A DNA stretch of 64,000 nucleotides from NCBI GenBank assembly GCA_951406725.2, contig OX597820.1, positions 121,830,001 through 121,894,000 of the forward strand, given 5' to 3'. A model generated the notes under the pieces. That model saw only the letters and a program-made list of their open reading frames with translations, was not told the DNA's origin and did not search any database. Positions 39,774 to 52,869 of the stretch are shown here, piece by piece. The stretch comes from Octopus vulgaris. Its lineage: Eukaryota. Within the stretch, counting starts at the first letter, position 1, and each line of letters starts with the position of its first letter. Both the position numbers and the translations under genes were made by a program.

Positions 39774-40869
39774 CGTTGTGTGTATTGGTGTATTTACGTC
39801 CCCGTAACTTAGCGGTTCGACAAAATGATTCGATACGATGGGTACCAGGCTTAAAATTAAGTACCGGGGTCGATGCCTTCAACTAACAAATTCTCGTAGC
39901 TGGTACTGAAGCATGGCCGTAATGACTGAAGATGGAAAATAAAAGATACAGCTGGAAATTGAATGAACGTGCCATTTATTTCAGTATTGATGGGAAAATC
40001 CTTGAGAGATCCAAACCATCATTGGGCCAAATGATGTGGGTAATGGAGAACAGGGAAGAAGCTCATCCTCAAAAGTTTTAATAAGCCTGCAGGAAATTGA
40101 AATGTAGGATTAGAGTTCTTCAATAAATGTCGACATTTCAACAAATACTTTCTAAACCTTGAAGGTTCTAACGCTTCCTGAATACATGATTTGATTCTTC
40201 ATAACTTTCCAAGTATTATCACGTGCACGTTCTATATCTTACCTATTACATGCAGTGTCTTAATTATTTACATTCTGTCCTAGCCGGTACTTAATATAAA
40301 CAACGGTAGCATTATGTTGTCTTTGCAGAAAGATGAAGTTAAACATGACCTTTATTTAATTTTCTACAAACCGTGGAACACGACAGTTCTCTCTGTTTTT
40401 ATTATGTGGATCATCGTAGATTACAAAGTTGTATTTACATATATATATAGAGAGAGAGATATAGATTCACAATGAAGGTCATAAAAAGTGTAACTCCAGT
40501 AATTTAAATCTATCATTGACTTTCTAATATAGGCGAAGTATATTAGAAAACCAATAAATATATATATTATTTATTCATGCATGAAATACGAGAGTGTGAA
40601 AAATTAGTGTATCTCGTCTGGAATTTGGAAGAAGGCGCTATTGATTTCAGCTTAGCGAGAAAACCCCACCGATGAATGCAGGGTGTACAAATTAGAATAA
40701 TTAGCATCGTTGAATTAAGATTTGTGATTAATTCAAATAAGATTTACCTCTTTTCTATTGTGTAATTCACGAACCGTGAATCATGCCAAAAGAAATAAAC
40801 TTTACTTTTCTGCATGCGAAAAATAAATCGTAAGTTGTGTTAACGATTCTTTAATATGTTCGCAAAAAT

Positions 40870-42056
40870 GATGTTTATTTTAAAGAAGAATTAGGTTTCG
40901 AATCTACGATGTGGTATGTCTCAACTGCCACAGAAGACTAAAGAATATTTACAGTGATGACAAAAGCTGTGTGCACAGACGGAAAAAGAATTCTAAGAAA
41001 TCTAAGGAAGTGGAAGACCATCAAATGCGAAGAGTGACACAAATTGCAAACAAGTGGACAAACCGGTGAGGTTCTATATGTCACAATCCGTGAGTTTGCT
41101 ACGCAACTGGACAATGGTCACAATACCTTACAGAAGATGATGGAAGTCATTGAGTCTATTCCGAGAGAACCTCGGTCGTTGACACTCGATTTGTTAGAGA
41201 GGAGAGTGGTAGAATGCTTTAATATGCTAGAAAGATTCAGACGCCTTTGATTTTATCAACTTGGGTAATGGAGGGTGGAAAATGGTTGTCTTTATGAACC
41301 AGAAACAAAGGTTCAGATCGTGGAATGGTGTCAACCGTTTTCTTTAAAAGTTTAAGGCGCAGCGATTGGTAGAGAAGGTAATGGTGATAGTTTGAGTGGT
41401 GGTGATGGTGGTGGTTGGAGAAGAAGGGCGTCCTTCATTGAGTGATATACTCAGACCCTTATAAAACTTAGAAGAGTTATTGAGAGGAAGAGACAGAAAG
41501 CTATCTTCATTTCTCAAAACAATGTTTGACCACACACATCATTTTTTTTTTCCTTCTCGAGCAATGCTTGGCTCATAAGAGCCGGTTTCCCGGTTTCCTT
41601 GGCGTATAGGTTCCCTACCTGGACGGGACGCCATTCCGTCGCTGGTGAGCTGTAAGATGCAGGAGGAAAGAGTGAGAGAAAGTTGTGGCGAAATAGTCAA
41701 CAGAAGTCTCGCCATTACCTTCTGCCGGAGCCGCGTGGAGCTTAGGTGTTTCGCTCATAAACACACACATCACCTGGTCTGAGATTCGAACCCGCGATTC
41801 CGATACTCTAACCACTAGGCACACACACACATCTTTGGCCACCATCGACCGGTTCTGACGCTGTTCTACTGCTTTCTGTTCAAAAAGATGAAGGACAATC
41901 TTCGGCGGACAACGATTTGATGACACACACGAAGTAAAAGCTCCAGGGAAGAAGTGACAACAACAACGCATTCCTGTATGTTTTTCTATGCTTTTCTAGA
42001 GAGGGACTCACCAATGGAGCAAATGGGTTGCTGCCGTAGAAGACTTCGTTGAGTAA
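40870..42056 (+). mobile_element. Decayed mariner transposase, interrupted by SINE C
   Basis: HRRLKNIYSDD; YEPETK.Q..EW..KKFKAQ..KVMV.V; FLFKKMKDNL..RFDD..QWSKWVAAVEDFVE*. Confidence 0.7.
41553..41822 (-). mobile_element. SINE family C variant with a different 3' tail
   Basis: Head and centre match 9290-9460 (gagcgaaacacctaagctccacg..ctccgg..ttcgcc.caactttct); the tail differs. Confidence 0.8.
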
Positions 42057-42149
42057 TACTTGTGTATAGAGTAATACTTGTGTCCGATGGTATCACTTTG
42101 TCTCCAACAATTCGTTGCGACACCAGTGCAGAATCAGCTCCCTCCGACA

Positions 42150-42487
42150 AGTCATCCTAACGAGACGTCTGCGTTGGCTGGGTCATGTCCTCCGCCGTCA
42201 ACCAGGAGAATTCATCTACGAAGCAATTTCCCCAGATCCCCTTCAGGGTTGGCGAAAGCGTCGTGGTGGACAATGAAAAACCTGGATGATGACGGTCAAG
42301 GCTGATCTGGAAGCCAATCTAGGCCCTCATGCCTACGGCGTTCACCGCTGGAATAAGGAGTGGTTGGAGATCACGCGGTCGTTAGCATCAAATCGCCAGG
42401 CCTGGTCGGCGTTTGTGAGAGATGCAGCATTGAGGATGAATGAAGCCAGCTCAACCCACCCCGGGTGAATGCTGTAAGAAGAAGAGG
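42150..42487 (+). mobile_element. 3' end of RTE-clade LINE
   Basis: RRLRWLGHVLRR..WRKRRGGQ.KTWMMTVKADL..LASNRQAWSAFV; (GAA)n tail. Confidence 0.85.
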
Positions 42488-43470
42488 TAGAGGAACAGTT
42501 ACTCTGACTCTAAGTACAATTTCAATGCCTTATCTCAGAAATATAATTAATAAAATGTTATACTCACTTTTATACCACTTGAGGTATAATTCTCCTATAC
42601 ACATATATATGTACATACGTACATACATACATACATATATACATACATAGATACATACATACATACATACATATATATACACAGGCACACATATATATAT
42701 ATATAAATATATGCGCATGTGTGTGCATGCGCGCGCGTGTGTGTGTGCAGTTTTATGGCCGATCTCTTTCGTTCATCATACTTAATCCTTATCTTGTGAC
42801 CTCACTAAGCTATTTATACCAAGACAAATATTCACCAAAGTCTGAACTCTTTCGGCGTGTGCAGTGCGATGGTGGTGGTGATGGTGGTGTTGTAGGTAGG
42901 TAGTAAGGCGGTGCTGTCGACGGGGGGGGGGGGAGGAAGTGTTTATCACGAGAGACTGAGACATTTTGTAACCAGCACCACCAAGCATAATGTCATAACG
43001 TTGGGTCTTTCGTTATTCCATTATTCTCAAGAGATTTACGACCGTCTTACTTGACCAGTGGATATAGACTGGGCAAAGTCACCAACCAGCAAACCAGCCA
43101 GACAACCAACCAGCCACACGTTTTACACTACCAACCGTTTACATCACCAGACACACTTCTACCCTAACACCTTCTTTACTACCACCACCGCCAACACCAC
43201 CAACGCCACCGCCACCATCGCATCAAGCAGCAGCACAATCATTATCATCATTGATGGTGCACATAAAATAACAATAACGATGGTCATTTAGAGCGACTAA
43301 CATAGGTTTATGTAGCAAACCGTTAAGAGAGAAAGGAAGGAAGGAAGGAAGGCGGGAATGAAAGAAAGAAAGAAAAGTGAACAATAAAAGATGTCTCCTA
43401 ATGTGAGTTTTTGAGTCATTTCCGGTTAAACTATCTCTTTCTATCCGTCCGTTTGTCTTCGCCAGCTTCT

Positions 43471-43536
<66 letters not shown>

Positions 43537-43667
43537 ACACACGCACACGCATGCACAGAGGCACACACAAATGAATACATGCATGTATGCATACATATAC
43601 ATACAGGTATACATATATATATATACATATATATACATATATATACATATGCATAAATATGAGCGTG

Positions 43668-43736
<69 letters not shown>

Positions 43737-43807
43737 GTGTGCATTTACATGCGTGTATGCATGTATCTATGTATGTATGTGTATATATATACATACATAC
43801 ATACATA

Positions 43808-43857
<50 letters not shown>

Positions 43858-44423
43858 CACGCTCGTGTATATATATTATATTTATGTATATATGATTCAT
43901 TTAGCATTTTATCTCTCCCTTCCTGTCTAATTATGAATATATATGTCCATCCATCATCCATTTTCCATCTCTCAATCTCCTTGCCTCTCTCTCTCACACA
44001 CACACTCTCTCCCCCCTTCTCTCTCTCTCTCTCTCTCTCGACATTCCTCTATGTGTTGCTCTATCTTTCCTCCATCTTAATTCCTTCATTCCATTGTTTT
44101 TACTCTCCATTCCGGTCACTCTCATAAATCTTGTCTTTCTCAAACCATTCCATTCTTCCAATCTCTTTCCCATTCCTTACCTCGATCCCTCTTTACTTCC
44201 TTTCGTCCATATCTCTTATTCTTCCTTCATTTATCGTACAGCGTATCCTTCCTCTCTTTCCCCGGCTCTTCGTCTCTTTCAATTCTTTTACTAGTTTCAG
44301 GTCATCGGACTACAGCCAGGCTGAGAATGCCACCTACTGGGCTTTCACTGAACTACATTATCACCACTACTTTCTTTATTATGTACTTTGTCAATTACGT
44401 ATAAGGCATTTCATTTCCTTCAC

Positions 44424-44471
<48 letters not shown>

Positions 44472-45052
44472 AGATGTTGTTGTGCTTTATGCATACGACA
44501 CAAAAAATAGGTGCAGAACAACCGAAGCAAACAAGTTTTATTAATATATGTATAATACATAAAATGAGTGAATTATTGATAGAACGTGACCCCCTTCGAT
44601 TTTCAAGAAGCTCAATATGAAATCTTGAAATATATACAACATTATAAATGTTTTATATATATTTGGTGCTGTTTCAATTGTTTTGTTACATCTTTGTTTC
44701 CCTGAAGCAACACGCATAAAATCGTAGTGTATAATAAAATAAGCATCGCTGTTATTTCTCTCTTGTTCCATTGATGATTGTGTGTGCAGCACATGAAACT
44801 TTTACTGGTCAAAAAGTCTTGAGCGTACATAAATTTTCATATCTGTAGAGAAAGCTCCTTTTTAGCTGCTCAGATGTTTTAATTTGCTCTATTGAGCACT
44901 ATCATACCACTGATACATAAATAGATAGAGCAATCTTTATATTTCAAGTTTTAACTTGACGTTTTAAATATGTATCTATGTATAAATATTAGGCATATAT
45001 ACCTGTTTGCATTTATGTACATTTGCTTATATAATATATATGTGTGTATACG

Positions 45053-45106
<54 letters not shown>

Positions 45107-45153
45107 AATCTTACTTAGAAAGGGATGCGTGCGTTCTGTCATATAATAAGTTA

Positions 45154-45379
45154 ATAAATAAATAAAATACATGCATATATACATACATATATGTACGTAC
45201 CTACCTCTACATGTATATATACATGCATATATGGGTACAGGATTTGTGTTTATGTTTTCGTTTCTCATTGTGTTCGACTTTTTTTTGGTGTCCTGTACCC
45301 ATATATGCATGTATATATACATGTAGAGGTAGGTACGTACATATATGTATGTATATATGCATGTATTTTATTTATTTAT
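45154..45379. repeat. Perfect 89-bp inverted repeat with 48-bp spacer
   Basis: 45154-45242 is the exact reverse complement of 45291-45379. Confidence 0.9.
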
Positions 45380-45439
45380 ATATATATATCATGTATGTAG
45401 AGTGATTGATTGATTGATTGATTGATTGACTGACTGACT

Positions 45440-45930
45440 GATTTAGTCCTGTTAGGGACCTATACTCCTTTGCACAGACGGGCCCAAAATGGTTACCTCC
45501 GGCAGGAGGTGCACATGGAGCTTACCACACATGCAGACACATGCGTTCCTTCATTGAGAGTTTCGCTTCCTTCAGCAATGGCCATGTAGCACATAATAGC
45601 GATGTTAATATAGATGTTAAAAATCCTGTTTGAAGCTTTTTCAAGCGAGGAAAGGCATTGCACAGGGTCCCCCTCGTTCTGTAAACAACGTGTGCATTTT
45701 CCCCCACCCCAAGTATTCGTCAACGTCATTGGATGCAAATGAAGCTACAAGTGTTACACAAGAGTTTTCCTTCTCCTAGAGTGATGTCTAATCAAAGACT
45801 GTTGGGGGACAGTTGACTCTCCTGACTTCATCTGCACTTTCATAACTTTCGTTTTCAATCCTGCGGAGTGTCCACCGAAAACCAAAAAGACTTGGTAGAG
45901 TGCTGGTTCAGTCACTGACGTCCCGAACAT
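45440..45930 (-). mobile_element. Possible L1/Tx1-like LINE 3' remnant
   Basis: CTRCLQNE (degenerate C-terminal zinc knuckle); ends in a GATT/GACT tandem. Confidence 0.4.
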
Positions 45931-45939
45931 GCGGCTCGA

Positions 45940-46053
45940 AAGAATGAAAGGCAAAGTCGACCTCGGCGGAATTTGAACTCAGAACGTAACGGCAGATGAA
46001 ATACGGCTACGCATTTCGCCCGGCGCGCTATCGTTTCTGCTAGATTGCTGCCT
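45940..46053 (-). mobile_element. SINE family B 5' part
   Basis: gaaaggcaaagtcgacctcggcggaatttgaactcagaacgtaacggcag. Confidence 0.85.
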
Positions 46054-46077
46054 TTTGACATACATACATACATACAT

Positions 46078-46690
46078 ACCGTTAACAAAGCTCCCTCTCG
46101 GCAAGATCTTGAATCATTCTGGTTGAAAATCTCGAACAAAAAGAAGAATCTCAACCTCAATGCATCGTGGCTAAATGCAGTAAAGAGAGAATACTATACC
46201 AGCATCAATAATAAAATTTATGGAATTGACCCGGAGATTTTCACCATAGCTATAGGCAAACTGCTTAATGGGAAGACGCCTAGAAGAGGTCTAATAGTTG
46301 GATACTGGTATAACAGGATGACATTTTACAGGAAGCCAATAATAAGTATATTCAAAATTACAATGGAAGGTCGGACTGATATACGAAATTTGCTTGCTAT
46401 AGCACGGACGAATCTCGTAGCCAAGGATGGAACCATCGAGTTGCCTGAAAACTATAGGCCCATTGCTTGCCTAAATATTATGTATAAACTGTACAGAAGC
46501 TGCCTCAAACAATTCTTCCAGGATCGTTGTGAGTCAAACAGCATAGTGACTAATGAGCAGCCCGGTGGAAAGAAGGGGGTGTGGGGATGTGCTGGACAAC
46601 TGATAAACGAAGCGGTATAGTGTGAGGTAAAACAACATCGTAGAAGCCTTACAACTGTATGGTTTGCTTGTAGGAAGGCACAATAATTCA
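46078..46690 (+). mobile_element. R4/Dong-type non-LTR RT N-terminal fragment
   Basis: FWLKI..NASWL..KTP..I.GYWY..RTNLVAK..PENYRPIACLNIMYKL..EQ.GGKKG.WGC..QL. Confidence 0.8.
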
Positions 46691-46769
46691 TGAAGAGTTC
46701 ATAAACTGATTTTGATCTGGTCGTATTTCTTGCAAGAAACAGCAAGATTTCTTTCCCTAACATTCCACG

Positions 46770-47277
46770 TACTTCAACCTACATAAGTTCCTCAAAGACA
46801 TACATCATCTCGAAAGAGTCCAGATGCTGGCTACCCGCATGGTCCTTGGTCTCAATCATTTGTCTTATGAAGAAAGGCTGAAGACGCTCGACCTTTATTC
46901 TCTAGAAAAACGACGACGCTGTGGTGATCTCATTCTCGCTCACAACATCATAAGCGGAAAGTGTAACCTCTCGAAAGAGCTGTTCTTCACTCCTGCTCCA
47001 GAGCATGGGCTGCGGGTCATTCCGAAAAGCTCTATCTGCGACGATTTCATCTCAATCGAAGGAGAGGGGCATTCTCCGTCCGGGTTGCGGATCCGTGGAA
47101 TAAGCTGCCAGACGAGATAGTGAAGATGCCGACGACCGCTCGGTTCAAAGTCTCTCTTGACCAGAAATGGCCTGAACTCTTTGCATGAACACCACCCTGT
47201 ACATAACTCCATGTCCCCCTACATGGCCTTGCTTTTTGCTTTTTGAGCAAAGAAATTAACTTAACTTAACTTAACTA
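46770..47277 (+). mobile_element. 3' end of CR1-clade LINE
   Basis: ERVQMLATRMVLGLNHLSYEERLKTLDLYSLEKRRRCGDLI; (AACTT)n tail at ~47255-47277. Confidence 0.85.
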
Positions 47278-47390
47278 TATGTGAAAAAACAAAATAGGGG
47301 TTTTGAAAGAAATATCTATAAAACTAGTTTCTAAATATGGTATGGCAATGGGGGGGGGGTCTACTCGAGCAAAATAGTAATCAAAGACGT

Positions 47391-47850
47391 GGATCTTTTC
47401 GGTTTGGACGGCAGTTTTTTTCTAGCGGTGTCATATGAAATTGTCACCCATAATTATGACCCTAGTATCGATCTATTGCATTTCAATCTGTTTTAGGGTT
47501 AGGGTTAGTTAGATATAGTTAGGTTTAGTTAGGGTTAGGGTATGATTAGGGGTGGGGGGAAGAGTATCTTTTTTCTTCACAAATGTAAATAAACGCAATC
47601 TGTTTCTTAAACGAGGGACATATTCATACGGCACAGAATGTTTTTTTTAGCTCAATGGACGTCATTGATTGGTTGAAATTGCAGAAATTGAAGGAAAGAA
47701 ACAACAAATATCTTACAAACTATAGAATTTTCTCAATAAAGCCAAGAGAAAAAGATGTTTTATAAACACATTCTACCAGTATACGAAGTTTAAAATTTTG
47801 TAGTTACCTAGAAATTATGTTAAAAACTGCCGTTCAAGCCGAAAAGATCC
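47391..47850. mobile_element. MITE with 29-bp TIRs and internal TTAGGG-like tract
   Basis: ggatcttttcggtttggacggcagttttt / aaaaactgccgttcaagccgaaaagatcc (2 mismatches). Confidence 0.85.
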
Positions 47851-48092
47851 GGAATTTGAACTCAGAACGTAAAGACGGATGGAATGCTGGTAAGCATTTA
47901 GTCCGGCCGCCAAATTCTTCCAGCTCATTGCCTTATGTTTGTGCGATTCATTGGTTTCAAGTCTTGGCACAAGGCCAGCAATTTCGGTGAGGGGAGCATA
48001 AGTCGATTATATCGATCTCAGTACACGACTGTTACTTATTTTATCGACCTCGAAAGGATGAAAGCCAACGTCGATGACGGCGAGATGTGAAC
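47851..48092 (-). mobile_element. SINE family B fragments
   Basis: Head 47851-47935; older 3' part ~47955-48092. Confidence 0.7.
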
Positions 48093-48940
48093 GTCTAATA
48101 TTTGACGACTAATAAAGCAGAGGTAAATACGTTCGAAACCAACCTTCGTCCTTTGTCTCCTTGATGCGTCCATCTTCTCTCCGTCCTTTACCCTCTTCAC
48201 ATTTACATTTTTCTCCCTTCTCTCTCACTCTATTTCTCCTCCTCCTCCTCCTCCTCCCCTTCTTCTTGATCTTCTTCTTCATTAGTGGTATTTGTTGTTT
48301 GTTCTGTTGTTGTTGTAGCCATTTTATTGGTTTGGCTGATGAACATTAATCAGGGTCTCGTTGGAGGTTAATTTTGAAGAGGGGACATAAAACGAAGGAA
48401 AACCGGGATAACGAGAGAGAGAAGGAGGAGAAGTTAGGGAGAGAGAGAGAGAGAGAAGTTATGGAAAAAGAGAGGGAAGAGAGAGAGAGAGACAATAACA
48501 ATTGTAATGGGGGAAGATGAGGGTATAATGATAATAAAATGGAATAAGTTTGTGGAAGAGGAGCAGTGTAATGTGACGGGTGAAAGGAAAATGTGATGGA
48601 AAGAAAACTAGGAGAACGGTAAAAGAAAAAGAAAGAAGTAAAATAAAGAAGGAGGAATGAAACGATCCACGACGGCGTTCTTTGACACAGCAGAGTAATT
48701 GTGTGTCATAGATGTCACGTGGTGGGCGAGGTGCCGGTCTCGGTGGGGATTGCAAAACGCCGGACTAAATACTAAATTCACTTTGCATAACGATTATAAG
48801 CAGTCAGTGTGGACCTTATATAAATCATGAAGGTTGTGGACAGTGTAGGAGCTTTGCACCATTGCATTCTTTCATTCCTTATTTATAATTCGGGGCCAAC
48901 TTTAGGATTATGAAGGAGAAATCAATGTTAATGTTAGTAC

Positions 48941-49712
48941 AAGAAGGCGGTGAGCTGGTAGAATCGTTAGCACGCTGGACGAAATGTGTAGCCGTATTTC
49001 GTCTGCCTGAACGTTCTGATTTCAAATTCCGCTGAGGTCGACTTTGCCTTTCATCCTTTCGGGGTTGATTAAATAAGTACCATTTACGCACTGGGGTCGA
49101 TATAATCGACTTAATTCGTTTGTCTGTCCTTGTTTGTCCTCTCTGTGTTTAGCCCCTTCTGGGCAGTAAAGAAATAGTAATAGGTATTTCGTCTGCTGTT
49201 ATGTTCTGAGTTCAAATTCCACCGAGGTCGACTTTTTCTTTCATCCTTTCGGGGTCGATTAAATAAGTACCAGTTACGCACTGGGGTCGATATAATCGAC
49301 TTAATCTGTTTGTATGTTCTTGTTTGTCCTCTCTGTGTGTAGCCCCTTGTGGGTAGTAAAGAAATAGTAATAGGTATTTCGTCTGCCGCTACGTTCTGAG
49401 TTCAAATTCCACTGAGGTCAAGTTTGCCTTTCATCCTTTCGAGGTCGATAAATTAAGTACCAGTGACGCACTGGGATCGATCTAATCGAATTAATCCCTT
49501 TGTCTGTCCTTGTTTGTCCCCTCTATGTTTAGCCCCTTGTGGGCGATAAAGAAATAAGAAGGCGGTGAGCTGGTAGATACGTTAGCATGTCGGGCAAAAT
49601 GCCTACCGTTAGTTTGTCCGTCTATACGTTCAGAGTTCAAATTCCACCGAGGTCGACTTTACCTATCATCATTTCAGGTTTGATAAAATATGTACTAGTT
49701 GAGCATTGCTTT
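48941..49712 (+). mobile_element. Tandem array of four SINE family B units
   Basis: Full unit, two head-less units starting ggtatttcgtctgc (49182, 49373), older headed unit from 49556. Confidence 0.9.
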
Positions 49713-50538
49713 GAAACCAATATGAGTTTCTGTAAAGATGTGCTTGATATTATCACTAATTCGCTTTGTTAAGGAATATTAAAGCTAGAAGAAATTGTTT
49801 TAAGTTGGCATTGTTTCACTGATCTGTAACATTGGATAAAGGCCATACTGGAGCACTGTTGTAAGTCAATCACATTTTATCATTCTATCTTTATTAAGTA
49901 ACAGAGTTACTTTTGTCATAGAGGGATGCAGTACCACGTACCATGTTTCTCATACAAACACCAAATGCATATGTTTGTATATATATATATATGCCGGTCA
50001 AAGTGAAAAGATCCCAATTTTTTTCTACCAAATTTCATGAATATAGAATTCAGTAATTTAAGGGACCCGAGCCTGCTGTAGAAAATACATGATCAACGCA
50101 TCACACCGTTTTATGAAACCGCAAATCAGTAAGTCGTGAAGCGAAATGCTTAACCAAACAGGCGTAGTCTGATATCAACGTAAAACTTAAAGGAAGACAT
50201 TTTCAAGAAATATTTCTCTCGGTATGATTTATTCTTTAGAAAATATTTTGTACTATAAGTACATAGACGTAGGAGTGGCTGTGTGGTAAGTAGCTGTCCT
50301 TACCTCTGTCGTGGATAGACGTGTTTTTTTTAGCGGTGAGTCAAACATTTTGTTGAACGTTGGATAATTTTTCTATTGGAATGCTTATTGTTGAATATTT
50401 TCGAATTGTTGAACATTGTCGAACTTTGAAACTTTGAAAATTTCTGTGCTTTTTTCCGGTGACGGGAGAAAGTAATTGTTTGTGTAAAGCCATTTTTGCT
50501 ATCGTGAAGTGTTGAAATATTGAACTTATTAAAGCCGT

Positions 50539-50970
50539 TGTAGGCGTTATTGTGGCACCCGCTCCTAGCGGAGGTGAGATTTGAACTGTTGTCCTCGTTG
50601 TGAGGAAACAAAATATTATAGGTTTCCCGTTTTGGGGATACTGTATTTTTATTGCTGTGTGAAAATTTTAATTTCGAACATTGTAGGCTTTATTGTTACA
50701 TCTCTCCCCCCCCCGCCAGCGGGGGTGAGATTTGAACTGTTGTCCTCGTTGTGAGAAAAAAAATATAGGTTTCCCGTTTTGGGGGATTCTTTATTTTTAT
50801 TATTGAGTGGAAAAAAAATTAATTTCGAACGTTGTAGGCTTTGTTGTTACGTCCCACCCCATCCCCAGCGGGGGTGGGATTTGAACTGTTGTCCTCGTTG
50901 AGAGAAAAAAAGTAAAAAATTATAGGCTTCCTATTTTCTGGGATTAAATTGTGTATCATTTATTTCGAAC
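50539..50970. repeat. ~150-bp tandem repeat (~3 units), probably internal to a non-autonomous DNA element starting ~50300
   Basis: gcgggggtgagatttgaactgttgtcctcgttg..taggtttcccgttttgggga..aatttcgaac.ttgtaggc recurs at ~50568, 50719 and 50868. Confidence 0.85.
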
Positions 50971-50974
50971 GAAT

Positions 50975-51405
50975 ATATCGGTCGAAATAATCCAAGAAAC
51001 GAACCAGCTGCATGAGCAAGCAAAAAAGTTCGCGGCAGTAGCCGCTGTAACTTCTAGAGTTATTATAATAGAAACGGAGAAGCTCTCCGAGCTTTTTGAG
51101 AGAATGAAAGAGGAGGATGGGGATATAAAGATCTCACCCTCCCCTAGTGCTGAAAATCTGAAGAGAAGGACAGTCGTTTACAAAACGTACTGTCCTTCAT
51201 CGAAAAAATTTCAAGCACTTCGAAAAGTGCGAAATAGAAAAATGCCTGGCCCCTATATGGAAAGATATAAAATACATAGTGAGGGGCCGGGCATATGAAA
51301 CAATAGAGACCAGATTTGAGACGGCCGAAAAAGCCCAAGCGAAGGAGGTGGTGCTGCTACCAACATACATGGGAAGAACAGCACGCGTCAAAATAAATGA
51401 AGTAC
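50975..51405 (+). mobile_element. Probable LINE ORF1 fragment (L1/Tx1-like)
   Basis: Broken frames RRTVVYKTY.. and RFETAEKAQAKEVVLLPTYMGRTARVKINEVP, with an RRM-like ORF1 character. Confidence 0.4.
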
Positions 51406-51560
51406 CTATTTCTTTACTACCCACAAGGGGCTAAACACAGAGAGGACAAACGAATCAAGTCGAGTATATCGACCCAGTGTGTAACTGGTACTTATTTAAT
51501 CGACCCCGAAAGGATGAAAGGCAAAGTCGACCTCGGCGGAATTTGAACTCAGAACGTAAC
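51406..51560 (-). mobile_element. SINE family B 3' part
   Basis: tatttctttactacccacaaggggctaaac..gaactcagaacgtaac. Confidence 0.85.
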
Positions 51561-51692
51561 ATATTCATTAAATTATTGTACTTTTTTAAATTGTAAATAT
51601 TTAATCGCTACAGCTACTTCACCCTTTTATGTTTGTCTGTCCTTGTTCGTCCCCTCTTTGTAATGCCTTCATGGCAAATATTTATGAAATAA

Positions 51693-52053
51693 AGTAGCTT
51701 GCTTATAAACCACATGGTTCCGGGTTCAGTCCCACTGCGTGACACCTTGGGCAAGTGTCTTCTACTAAGCCTTGTGAGTGGATTTGGTTGACGGAAACTG
51801 AAAGAAGCCCCTCGCATACATACATACATATATGTGTGTTTATGTTTGTGTGTCTGTGTTTGTCTCCCCCAACATCGCTTGACAACCGATGCTGGTACGT
51901 TTACGTCCCCGTAACTTAGCGGTTCGGTGAAGAGACCGATAGAATAAGTATTAGGCTTACAAATAATAAGTCCTGGGGATCGATTTGCTCGACTAAAGGC
52001 GATGCTCCAGCATGGCCACAGTCACATGACTGAAACAATCAAAAGATTAAAAG
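51693..52053 (+). mobile_element. SINE family A
   Basis: gtagcttgcttataaaccacatggttccgggttcagtccc..atgactgaaac. Confidence 0.85.
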
Positions 52054-52731
52054 GGTATAAATTATCGTAAGCAACAATATCTGAATGGAATTGTGTTACT
52101 GTCGGAATGATTACCGCCTCGAAAGCATGTCTTACACTTTGTTGATTACCTCGCTAATTATTCTGTTCTTTTATATGTCCTTTATTTCAAACGCCAAAGA
52201 ATCCCTTTCGTCGATTGCTTTCTATCGTCGTGTTTGGTAACTGTGTGAGACTATTGGTCAAATGAAATTCTTGGAAAGCCATTTCTTGGCACTACTGCTC
52301 TTTGGTCCATTCCCCAGATGTTCCAGAACTTGGTAGCGTAAGCCTTTGCCTAATTTCTTTGTTACATTTTGTTCGTGTAACTTAGTTTGGCGTTACGAGC
52401 AACACGATATTTTAGCGTGAATTGCAAGTTTGCTTATCACCATAATTTTGTCAATTTTGACATTTATCAGCCATCGAAATTCAGCAGAGACCTCTACAAC
52501 CTTATTCAGCAGTATTTAGATAATCTTCTACTGTGAGTGACAGGGCTGTGTCAGCTGAGTATCTCAGTCTGGGATCGATAGTCACATGATCGCCTCAGTG
52601 TGCAGAGACGATGCAGTCTTGACAGACTTCTGCAACATGGCAAAATGAATCAGTTTTGCCGGATGTCATTTGAAGGATGAACTTTATATAACAAAGTACG
52701 TTTTGAAAGAAAAAAAATCAAATAGCATATA

Positions 52732-52869
52732 TATTTCTTTACTACCCACAAGGGGCTAAACACAGAAGAGTCAAACAAGGACAGACAAAGGGATTAAGTC
52801 GATTACATCGACCCCAGTGCGTAACTGGTACTTAATTTATCGACCCCGGAAGGATGAAAGGCAAAGTCG
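52732..52869 (-). mobile_element. 5'-truncated SINE family B with 16-bp TSD, nested in RTE
   Basis: TSD aatcaaatagcatata at 52716-52731 and 52870-52885. Confidence 0.9.

Larger units (their letters stand above)
39378..39950 (+). mobile_element. Old SINE family A copy interrupted by the tRNA-hammerhead element
   Basis: 5' half 39378-39470, 3' half ~39775-39950. Confidence 0.75.
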
